Shown here piece by piece: positions 38,186 to 46,246 of a DNA stretch of 64,000 nt. The first letter of the stretch is position 1; the number at the start of each line of letters is the position of its first letter. A program made the position numbers and the translations under genes. The DNA comes from SAR202 cluster bacterium (GTDB lineage Bacteria; Chloroflexota; Dehalococcoidia; Lucifugimonadales; VXLM01). The notes under the pieces are model-generated. The model did no database searches. It was not told the DNA's origin and saw nothing but the letters and a program-made list of their open reading frames with translations. Location of the stretch: the NCBI GenBank assembly GCA_022448725.1, contig JAKUTR010000003.1, positions 8,353-72,352 on the forward strand. Reading direction: 5' to 3'.

Positions 38186-39268
38186 CTAACAAACCTCCTG
38201 TAGGGCCTCCTCAATAGCTACAAGCATTTCATTAATCTCTTCCGGAGTAACGTACCCAAGGTGCCCAATCCGGAACATTTTGCCTTTTAGTTCACCGTAC
38301 GCCCCTGCAAGTACTACATCGTGGTTTTTAAGCACAACACTTCGCAAGTTATCTGCATCGACCCCAGCGGGGGACCTAACAGCAGTTACAGTATTGGAAG
38401 CAATTTGCTCATCAGGAAAGACTGAGAGACCAATATTAACTATGCCTTCACGAGTCATTCTTGCGATGCTACTATGTCGTCTCCACACCTCCTCTATCCC
38501 TTCTTCAAGCAGCTTCCCAAGAGCAAAATCAAGAGCAAAGATAGCTGAAAGATTTGGGGTCCACGGGGGCTGTCCAATATCGTAGTATTCCTTGTATTTA
38601 GTGAGGTCAAAGTACAACTTAGGCATCTTCGAGCTTTGGCTCGCATGCCAAGCACGCTCACTCATGCTGATAAAAGCAAGGCCTGGAGGGAGCATCCATC
38701 CCTTTTGCGAGGCAGTCGCTACAACGTCCAGACCCCACTCATCTGTCTTCAAGGGAATGGAACACACGCTACTAATACCGTCTACAAGCAGGAGTTTATT
38801 AAACTCAGTTTTTACGACCTTAGCAATCGCTTCAAGGTCGTTAGTAACACCAGTGTTAGTTTCGTTATGTGTAACAAGCACTGAGGTAATGTCCGGGTCA
38901 GAGTCTAAGGCACGGCGTAGGGTATCGATATCCACTGCTGTCCCTTGTTCGAAGTTAAGCTTGGTAACTTGTGCTCCGAAAATCTCGGCAATGGACCCAA
39001 AGCGGTCGCCGAAAGACCCAATAGACGCACAGAGAACTCTTTCACCCGGCGAGAGCGTGTTAGTTACAGCCGCTTCCATAGCTCCAGTACCTGATGACGC
39101 GAGTATGAACACGTCGTTATCAGTCATAAAGACCTTTTTTAAACCATCTGTTGCTCGATAGAGGATGTCCTTAAATTTAGGCCCTCTATGATTAATCATC
39201 TGTGTGGACATCGTTTCCAATATGTCTTCTGGCACTGGTATTGGCCCAGGTATACGCAGGTTCGTCAT
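38186..39268 (-). CDS. Class V PLP aminotransferase (serine-pyruvate/alanine-glyoxylate aminotransferase family)
   Basis: AGXT-family blocks (SGTGAMEAAVTN, LLLVDGISS, SQKGWMLPPG with the PLP Lys, FRIGHLG). SD GGAGG 4 nt upstream. Confidence 0.85.
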   Translation of the reverse strand: MTNLRIPGPIPVPEDILETMSTQMINHRGPKFKDILYRATDGLKKVFMTDNDVFILASSGTGAMEAAVTNTLSPGERVLCASIGSFGDRFGSIAEIFGAQVTKLNFEQGTAVDIDTLRRALDSDPDITSVLVTHNETNTGVTNDLEAIAKVVKTEFNKLLLVDGISSVCSIPLKTDEWGLDVVATASQKGWMLPPGLAFISMSERAWHASQSSKMPKLYFDLTKYKEYYDIGQPPWTPNLSAIFALDFALGKLLEEGIEEVWRRHSSIARMTREGIVNIGLSVFPDEQIASNTVTAVRSPAGVDADNLRSVVLKNHDVVLAGAYGELKGKMFRIGHLGYVTPEEINEMLVAIEEALQEVC

Positions 39269-39385
39269 GGTACCTCCGACTGAATTCGCATCGCTGAAAT
39301 TTTAGCACAGGATATTATCTGTTTCGTTGACCTTCTGGTAGATACGCCGGTACCATACGTGCCTATTTAACGCGGTGCACGACTT

Positions 39386-40969
39386 ATGGCTAAGAAAGAA
39401 CCGTCCAAAAACTTACTAATCGTAGGTGGCGCTGACGGTATCGGCACGTGGCTGGCAAAAAGGGTTTTTGGCAAAAGCAGCGAAATCAGTCGTATAACTT
39501 TGGCTGACGTCAAACCGATCTTTGGATCTTCTGACCTTGGCCCAACCAACCCTGACGAAAAACATTTGCCGGAGTTCAAGCTTCTCAAAGTGGAAGTTGA
39601 TGCGATGCGTTTCAGGGGAACAAATGAGCCTGAATGGGCCTCTGTAAACACACTGGCAGTTCCTCCTACACGAGCACTCACACTCCAAGACTACGATTTA
39701 GTCATACTCGCTGTTCCAGAGGATAAATTCGAACAGGCTGCGGCGGAAATACTACCTCGCCTGAGTACTAGGTCGGCAGTCATTGATGTGACCTCTTCAA
39801 AACGGTTGTCAATCCCTGCAATGCTCAAACATGTGCCAAAAGGAGTGTCCGTGTTGGGCGTCCATCCACTGTTTGGTCCTGCAGTACAGGATGCTATTGG
39901 ACAAACCTTTGTGTTTGTTCCCACAGAAACAACCGACCCAGCTAAGCAACAGTGGCTGGCAAAACTGCTTCGCTCATTCGGAGCAATAATAGAGGAGACC
40001 GATGCGGCAACTCACGACAAATACATGTTGTTCGTCCAAACGCTTGCCCACTACACTTACCTAGTTTTCGGTAAGACGCTGACTCGAGCCAGTGACATTG
40101 GATTTGATTTTAATGAATCATTACGGTTCAGCACACCTCCATATAGTATCTTGACGGCATTTATGGCACGCATCATAGGAGGCAACCCTGACCTATACGC
40201 TCAAATTCAGAGTGAGCCAAAAGCGGACAATATTCGGAAGCTACTGGCGGAGTCAGCTCAGGAATTGGCAGAGCAATTTACACACGGGGGCGATGATACC
40301 CTGGCAGCAATACACGAAATTATCGAACCCTTCAAGGCTAGCGAAGTTGCTAGGGGTTACGCTAACTCAATCGTATTGGTGGATAGCGTACAGCAAAGCT
40401 ACAGAGACCTCCATCATCGGCGAGAATCAGGCGAATTAACAATCGTTGAGGTACGAGACCCTTTGGAACAACGAGGGACTTCACGTATCCACGTTGGGAT
40501 CATCGAAAACATTGACGGACAAACCGTCATTATCAGTGAACGTACTACGACGGTGGACAAAAAGTGGTACATCGCGTACGACGATGAGTCCGAGCACTCC
40601 CTACAGAAGTCGGGCAAAGGTGTAAGGCAGAGTTCAACACGTATAGAAAGACGCAACATACGCCGAGTGTTTACACTGGAAGAAACTCGTGACTGGCGCG
40701 TTGAACACCTTGATCATCATGTCCGCGACGTCGCTGTACTCTCTGACGATACTGTAGATATAGAGCATGTGTGTCGCGTGCTCTCTCAGATTACCAACTC
40801 AGTCGTCCATGGCGATGTCCACGAGCCAAACGATGCGACGTGGCTCTCGCGCTACGGTATGCGCAACAAAGTATTACGCTTCAAAATTTTTGGTGACCGT
40901 AATCCCGACACAACAATTACACAAATCGTCGATTCACTACGTCTCTTTGGCATACGAACTCAGAATTAA
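39386..40969 (+). CDS. tyrA: Prephenate/arogenate dehydrogenase (TyrA) domain fused to a roughly 200-aa C-terminal extension
   Basis: Rossmann IVGGADGIG and TyrA blocks (VIDVTSSK, GVHPLFGP, THDKYMLFVQTLAH, IIGGNPDLYAQIQ). About residues 330-527 have no TyrA counterpart. The extreme C-terminus looks ACT-like. Confidence 0.75.
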   Translation: MAKKEPSKNLLIVGGADGIGTWLAKRVFGKSSEISRITLADVKPIFGSSDLGPTNPDEKHLPEFKLLKVEVDAMRFRGTNEPEWASVNTLAVPPTRALTLQDYDLVILAVPEDKFEQAAAEILPRLSTRSAVIDVTSSKRLSIPAMLKHVPKGVSVLGVHPLFGPAVQDAIGQTFVFVPTETTDPAKQQWLAKLLRSFGAIIEETDAATHDKYMLFVQTLAHYTYLVFGKTLTRASDIGFDFNESLRFSTPPYSILTAFMARIIGGNPDLYAQIQSEPKADNIRKLLAESAQELAEQFTHGGDDTLAAIHEIIEPFKASEVARGYANSIVLVDSVQQSYRDLHHRRESGELTIVEVRDPLEQRGTSRIHVGIIENIDGQTVIISERTTTVDKKWYIAYDDESEHSLQKSGKGVRQSSTRIERRNIRRVFTLEETRDWRVEHLDHHVRDVAVLSDDTVDIEHVCRVLSQITNSVVHGDVHEPNDATWLSRYGMRNKVLRFKIFGDRNPDTTITQIVDSLRLFGIRTQN

Positions 40970-41787
40970 GAGTTTTGGGGATAAGAACCAAGTACTTTCA
41001 GCAGTGAAGCTTGACTACGTACCGATTCCAGCGCTGCCGACACCTTCGTATCTCTCTGATGTCCTACCAAATCTATTAGGAACACATAACGACCGAGCCG
41101 CTCACGAGTCGGTCTCGATTCCACCTTTACAAGGTTGATATCCCGACCCGCAAACTCTCCTAACGCTGTATGCAGCAAGCCAGGAGCATCACCATCAAAA
41201 GCGAAGCACACAGAGGTTTTATCAGCTCCAGTGATGCCCTGTTCTTCACGTCCTAGAACTACAAACCGCGTCACGTTATTCGGATTATCTTCTATCGCAT
41301 CTTCAAGTACCACAGCCCCATAAAGTTCCGCAGCTCTTGCATGCGCCACGCCGGCAATTGAACCGTTACCTTCCATCGTTTCCCGGACAGCCTCGGCCGT
41401 ACTTAAAGAAGCTTCAAGCCGTGCATTTGGAAGTCTATGGGCTAGGAACTGGGCACATTGCTCCAGGGCCTGTGGTTTGGAACGGATGACTTCAATTTCC
41501 TCAAGTGTAGTCTGTGGCTTTACGATCAAGGATTGCCTAATTGGAATCACAAGCTCAGCTACGATAGAAAGGCTTGATTCATGGATCAGATAGTCAAGGG
41601 TATCGTTAACTGAACCTATCTCTGTGTTTTCAATCGGGAGGACAGCCTCATCGGCAAACTCTCTCTCAACCGCACGAGCAGCTTCAAGTATTGATGCATA
41701 CTCTTTGTGTCCAGCATCACCATTATATTGAATTGCGGCCTCTTCACTGAAGGTCCCTTGCGGACCGAGGTACGTGAGTTGCTTCAT
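40966..41787 (-). CDS. pheA: Prephenate dehydratase
   Basis: MKQLTYLGPQGTFSEEAA N-terminus, TRF motif (NVTRFVVLG), and a C-terminal ACT domain with ESRP. Start trimmed to ATG 41787 (SD AAGGTG 9 nt upstream). Confidence 0.85.
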   Translation of the reverse strand: MKQLTYLGPQGTFSEEAAIQYNGDAGHKEYASILEAARAVEREFADEAVLPIENTEIGSVNDTLDYLIHESSLSIVAELVIPIRQSLIVKPQTTLEEIEVIRSKPQALEQCAQFLAHRLPNARLEASLSTAEAVRETMEGNGSIAGVAHARAAELYGAVVLEDAIEDNPNNVTRFVVLGREEQGITGADKTSVCFAFDGDAPGLLHTALGEFAGRDINLVKVESRPTRERLGRYVFLIDLVGHQRDTKVSAALESVRSQASLLKVLGSYPQNS

Positions 41788-41940
41788 ACTCATAAACACC
41801 TTGACACTGCGGTTAGTACAAGTATACGCTAGATACGATGAACTCCGTTCGCACATATTACTGGAACTATTACTTTCTCGGCTTAGCCGGAGGCGGCTTG
41901 TTGCGCGAACAGTAGACGTAAAAACATACGCTCAAGCAAC

Positions 41941-41973
41941 AAAGACCTCAACCGGCAAACGGTTGAGGTCTTT
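41941..41973. promoter_or_regulatory. Perfect 13-bp inverted repeat/hairpin in the pheA-DAHP synthase divergent spacer
   Basis: AAAGACCTCAACC-ggcaaac-GGTTGAGGTCTTT followed by GTTTGTG. It ends 10 nt before the AGGAGG SD (41984-41989) of the DAHP synthase gene. Confidence 0.45.
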
Positions 41974-41999
41974 GTTTGTGGGCAGGAGGTTATTACTGG

Positions 42000-43052
42000 A
42001 TGCTTAAACCTACAACGAGGGATGTAAACGTGTTAAAGACGGAACCGCTGATATCGCCTGCTGATCTGGTGGCAGAGGCTCCTATGAGTTCGTCTGCACA
42101 GACAACGGTACTGCAAGGACGGCGTGATATCCAATCTGTATTGCAGGGCGAGGACTCGAGATTTCTGGTCATTTTAGGTCCTTGTTCCATTCATGATGAG
42201 AAAGCTGCGCTGGACTATGCTGAGCGGCTTGCCGAACTCGCTAAGCAAATTGAAGACAATATAGTTATCGTCATGCGAGTCTACTTCGAAAAGCCTCGCA
42301 CGACCGTGGGATGGAAGGGCTTACTGTATGATCCCGACCTGAACGACACTTTCAACATCAGCTCGGGTGTAAGACGTGGACGAAAACTCCTACTGCAAAT
42401 TGCTGAGATGGGCTTACCGACAGCTACTGAATTCCTAGATCCAATCGTGCCTCAATATTTGGCGGATCTAATCTCTTGGGTTGCTATAGGCGCACGTACC
42501 ACAGAGAGTCAAACCCATCGTCAAATGGCCAGTGGATTAAGTATGCCAGTTGGATTCAAAAATGGTACCGACGGAAACGTGAAGATCGCTGTAGACGCAA
42601 TGGTATCTTCGCGTGCCGAACATGGGTTTCTTGGAATTGACGAAAGTGGTAGGACCTCCGTAGTCCATACAGCAGGTAACCCTTACAGCCATCTCGTATT
42701 ACGTGGGGCCAACAAGGGGCCAAACTTTGATGCAGTCTCTGTGGCTGATGCCCAGAGCAAACTTAAAGAGGGAGGCGTCCCATCTCAACTCCTGATAGAT
42801 TGCAGCCATGGCAACTGTAGTAAAGACCATACAAAAATGCACATTGCTTTTGAAGATGCGGTGTCCCAGCGCGTAGCCGGAAACACAGACATAATAGGCA
42901 CGATGCTCGAGAGTAACATCAATCCAGGTAGTCAAAAGACTGACACGGATATCTCAAAACTACAGTATGGTGTCTCAATCACTGACCCATGCATCGGTTG
43001 GGAGGAGACAAAAACCCTGCTTCTAGAAGCCAATAAATTGCTCAGTGGATAG
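42000..43052 (+). CDS. aroG: 3-deoxy-7-phosphoheptulonate (DAHP) synthase, class I (E. coli AroFGH type)
   Basis: Blocks LVILGPCSIHDEKAALDYAERL, EKPRTTVGWKGL, IGARTTESQTHR, DCSHGN. ATG 42000 lies 10 nt after AGGAGG. The isozyme and feedback specificity are not inferable. Confidence 0.9.
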   Translation: MLKPTTRDVNVLKTEPLISPADLVAEAPMSSSAQTTVLQGRRDIQSVLQGEDSRFLVILGPCSIHDEKAALDYAERLAELAKQIEDNIVIVMRVYFEKPRTTVGWKGLLYDPDLNDTFNISSGVRRGRKLLLQIAEMGLPTATEFLDPIVPQYLADLISWVAIGARTTESQTHRQMASGLSMPVGFKNGTDGNVKIAVDAMVSSRAEHGFLGIDESGRTSVVHTAGNPYSHLVLRGANKGPNFDAVSVADAQSKLKEGGVPSQLLIDCSHGNCSKDHTKMHIAFEDAVSQRVAGNTDIIGTMLESNINPGSQKTDTDISKLQYGVSITDPCIGWEETKTLLLEANKLLSG

Positions 43053-43088
43053 TTTATTTCCCTAGTACATCCTTAGCTTTTTCATCGA

Positions 43089-43811
43089 ATGAATGAGACC
43101 CCAAATATACGTAACGAAGAACTTCAGGAACAGAATGACTGTCTCCCATGGAACGCTGTTGACGCGCTCTACGGCATGGCCTGCGTAGCCATTGGCGCTG
43201 CTTTACTACTAACTATTACTGCAACAGTCCGGAGTGATAGTAATCTCAACCCTACTAACCTGGCCCCCCTATCAATTTTACATCTCATGATGCTTTTTTC
43301 AGTGTGGGCATTCGGCCTACGGAAGAGCGGGGCAAACGTTGGTACCCTTGGACTGCTTATGCCTAAGGGCAAATGGCAATCCTTGACCAAGTGGCTTAGT
43401 CTGAGCATAGGTGGACTTGTCGCTAGCTTATTGATTCATGCAATATATGTACTTACAGTAACTTACATCGGTATTGAATACTTGACCCCTCCCCCAATTC
43501 CTGATGAATTACTCGGAGGTGGGTTGGACCGGTTGATTAGTGCCGGCGTGTTAGTAATAATCGGCCCATTTGCAGAAGAATTATTCTTTCGAGGTTTCAT
43601 CTTAGCAGCGATGATCAAGAGTATCGGAATTGTGCCCGGCATCACCATCGCTTCATTGATATTCGCTATTAGCCATGGGGAGGTGGCAATAATAGTTCCT
43701 GTTTTTGCCAGCGGAGTGATACTGTCGTTACTCTACATAAAAACAGGTTCGCTGTGGCCTCCTCTTGCTGCCCATAGCACACAAAATTACCTAGCGGTCG
43801 CCTTAATATGA
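43089..43811 (+). CDS. CPBP-family (CAAX/Abi) intramembrane glutamic metalloprotease
   Basis: Polytopic membrane protein with motif 1 EELFFRG, motif 2 FAISH, and a later H (AAHSTQN). Confidence 0.8.
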   Translation: MNETPNIRNEELQEQNDCLPWNAVDALYGMACVAIGAALLLTITATVRSDSNLNPTNLAPLSILHLMMLFSVWAFGLRKSGANVGTLGLLMPKGKWQSLTKWLSLSIGGLVASLLIHAIYVLTVTYIGIEYLTPPPIPDELLGGGLDRLISAGVLVIIGPFAEELFFRGFILAAMIKSIGIVPGITIASLIFAISHGEVAIIVPVFASGVILSLLYIKTGSLWPPLAAHSTQNYLAVALI

Positions 43812-44596
43812 CCAACCGAATTGACACCACACTGACAGCTGCCAAAGCAAATGGTAGAGCGATCCTATCGCCCTACGTAACTATTGGTTATCCCGACCTA
43901 TCAACTTCTATCGATATCGCAATAGCCATGCTGGACGCAGGAGCAGATATGCTAGAGATCGGTGTACCGTTCAGTGACCCCCTTGCTGATGGACCCACCG
44001 TGCAGCGCACAAGCTATATAGCGCTTGAAAATGGAGTCACCGTAACTTCATGCTTAGAGGCTGTTAGTGAACTCCGATCCCGAGGCGTAGTAGCACCACT
44101 AACCTTGATGGGTTACTACAATCCCTTCCTCCACTATGGTCCGCAGGCCGTTATAAAGGACGCAGCATCTGCAGGAGTCGACGGACTCATCGTTCCTGAT
44201 TTACCCCTCGAAGAAGCAACCGAGCTACAGGAACTCTGCAAGGACTACAACATACGAATGGTTCATTTCGTTGCTCTCACAAGTACCGATGAGCGAGTCG
44301 CAAAAATTTGTACAGTGGCAGAAGGCTTCATCTACTGTGTTGCTGTTTTGGGTGTCACGGGGGCACGTACAATGATTAGAGCGGACGTACGTGATCTGGT
44401 AGCCAAGGTCCGAAAACACACCGACGTGCCGGTGCTTCAAGGGTTTGGAATTTCGAGTCGAGAACACATTAACGAAATTAGAGAGTACGCAGACGGAGCG
44501 ATCGTTGCGAGTGCCATACTTGATGCGGTCAGCAAGGTGCCAAACAAGCAAGCTGCGCAGACCGCATCCACATTCGTTCGCGAATTGCTGAGGTAA
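43808..44596 (+). CDS. trpA: Tryptophan synthase alpha chain
   Basis: Blocks PYVTIGYPD, LEIGVPFSDPLADGP, GLIVPDLP, GFGIS. The ATG overlaps the CPBP stop (ATGA). Confidence 0.9.
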   Translation: MTNRIDTTLTAAKANGRAILSPYVTIGYPDLSTSIDIAIAMLDAGADMLEIGVPFSDPLADGPTVQRTSYIALENGVTVTSCLEAVSELRSRGVVAPLTLMGYYNPFLHYGPQAVIKDAASAGVDGLIVPDLPLEEATELQELCKDYNIRMVHFVALTSTDERVAKICTVAEGFIYCVAVLGVTGARTMIRADVRDLVAKVRKHTDVPVLQGFGISSREHINEIREYADGAIVASAILDAVSKVPNKQAAQTASTFVRELLR

Positions 44597-44598
44597 AT

Positions 44599-44973
44599 AT
44601 GGGTAAAACTCGAGGAGTACGAGGAGCAACAGTAGCAGATGAGAACACACGCGAGTCTATACTGACGGCAACTACTGACCTTCTCGAAGCATTGGTCACA
44701 GCTAATGACATCAATGTGGACGATATTGCAGCTGCATACTTTACAACCACCTCCGACCTAAATGCGGAGTTCCCCGCAGCTGCTGCACGTCAAATCGGAT
44801 GGGAACATATCGCACTCTTATGCTCCCACGAGATGAACGTCCCGTATGCTATGGGTAATGTTATCCGCGTTCTTCTACTGATCGATACCGAAAAGAGTGC
44901 GCAGGAACTGAACTTCCAGTACCTAAAGGGTACTGACAAGCTCCGACGCCGGACCATGGACGGCTCGAACTAG
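44599..44973 (+). CDS. aroH: Chorismate mutase, AroH (monofunctional trimeric) type
   Basis: Aligns by eye with Bacillus AroH (RGVRGATV...TTTSDLNAEFPAAAAR...IRVLLLI). It starts 2 nt after the trpA stop. Confidence 0.85.
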   Translation: MGKTRGVRGATVADENTRESILTATTDLLEALVTANDINVDDIAAAYFTTTSDLNAEFPAAAARQIGWEHIALLCSHEMNVPYAMGNVIRVLLLIDTEKSAQELNFQYLKGTDKLRRRTMDGSN

Positions 44974-44975
44974 CC

Positions 44976-46202
44976 ATGCAACAGTGGGACCTACAAACCT
45001 TATTCAACCGAGGAATGCTCGAGGACGCTATAGTCCGAGAAGAATTGCTTAAGGACATCGAATCCGGCAAAACACTAACCATCTATCAAGGATTCGATCC
45101 CACGAGCCCTAACCTACACATAGGTCATCTTCTAGGGCTCAGGGTTCTGCGTTGGTTTCAGCTTCATGGTCACAGGGTGATTCTCCTAATCGGTGATTTC
45201 ACTGGCCGTATCGGAGACCCTTCCGATCGCCCAGAAGCTCGTAAACGCCTAACCCACCAACAGGTGCTAGACAACGCGACAACATACCGCGAGCAATTCT
45301 CACGTATTTTCGACCTTGATGGTGAAAATCCTGCTGAAGTGCGAATGAATGGTGATTGGCTCGACCAAATCACCCTGGCGCAATTTAGCGACATTATGGA
45401 CAAGTTCACCGTACAACAACTCCTTGAGCGCAGTATGTTCCAAGAACGCTTGGACAAAAATGAGGCATTGTATTTAAACGAAATGATCTACCCTGTATTG
45501 CAAGCGTATGACTCGGTTGCTATGGAAGTTGATGCCGAGCTTGGAGCATCTGACCAACTATTCAATATGATGCGGGGACGTGATCTCGTACGGTCTTACC
45601 TTGGTAAGCCCAAGCATGTTCTGACAACCCCATTACTCCCAGGCCTCGATGGGAGAAAGATGAGCAAAACATACGGTAACACCGTGGATCTTACAGAGAA
45701 GCCGGTATCAATGTTCTTCAAACTAACATTGGTTAACGACTCAGCTCTACCTTCCTTCATGCGTGTCCTAACTGACAGTACTGAAGATGAAATACAGGCT
45801 GTAGAGGAATTAATGACGAGCGAAAAGAATTTGGTGGGTGAGAGGGTAGCCTTCGCTCACAAAATCGTCTCCTTGCTCCACAGCGCAGATTCTGCCAACG
45901 ATGCTCGAGAAGAGTTTCAGCGTGTCATAAGTGAAGGTGAATTGCCATCCAACATACCGACCCTAACAGTTCCTAATGATAGTATCTCTGCAGAAGGTGT
46001 TAACTTGGTTAATATGATCGCCACTAGCGATCTCGTTGAAAGTAAAAGCGATGTCAGGCGTATAATTCAGCAGGGCGGCGTCAGTATCAATGGAAGTGTT
46101 GTTGAAGATCCTCGTGCTCACATAGAATTAACCTCACTATCTGGAGCTCTACTCAAAATTGGAAAGCGGGGCTATCTGAGAATCACATCGACCGAGCAGT
46201 GA
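44976..46202 (+). CDS. tyrS: Tyrosine--tRNA ligase
   Basis: HIGH (LHIGHLLG), KMSKT, and a C-terminal S4 domain (SDVRRIIQQGGVSINGS). It starts 2 nt after the aroH stop. Confidence 0.95.
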   Translation: MQQWDLQTLFNRGMLEDAIVREELLKDIESGKTLTIYQGFDPTSPNLHIGHLLGLRVLRWFQLHGHRVILLIGDFTGRIGDPSDRPEARKRLTHQQVLDNATTYREQFSRIFDLDGENPAEVRMNGDWLDQITLAQFSDIMDKFTVQQLLERSMFQERLDKNEALYLNEMIYPVLQAYDSVAMEVDAELGASDQLFNMMRGRDLVRSYLGKPKHVLTTPLLPGLDGRKMSKTYGNTVDLTEKPVSMFFKLTLVNDSALPSFMRVLTDSTEDEIQAVEELMTSEKNLVGERVAFAHKIVSLLHSADSANDAREEFQRVISEGELPSNIPTLTVPNDSISAEGVNLVNMIATSDLVESKSDVRRIIQQGGVSINGSVVEDPRAHIELTSLSGALLKIGKRGYLRITSTEQ

Positions 46203-46246
46203 ACAACCACGTACCCTTTTCTAGTAAATAGCTCCCAACTGCAATT

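Noticed and set aside
36615-39161. Long antisense ORFs inside ftsH (36615-37097, 37270-37602) and inside the class V aminotransferase gene (38280-38585, 38592-39161).
   Set aside because: The opposite-strand genes carry unambiguous family motifs. The antisense products are Arg/Ser/Pro-rich with no recognisable domain. The same reasoning applies to 18366-18797, 44225-44650, 47999-48400 and 51628-52089.
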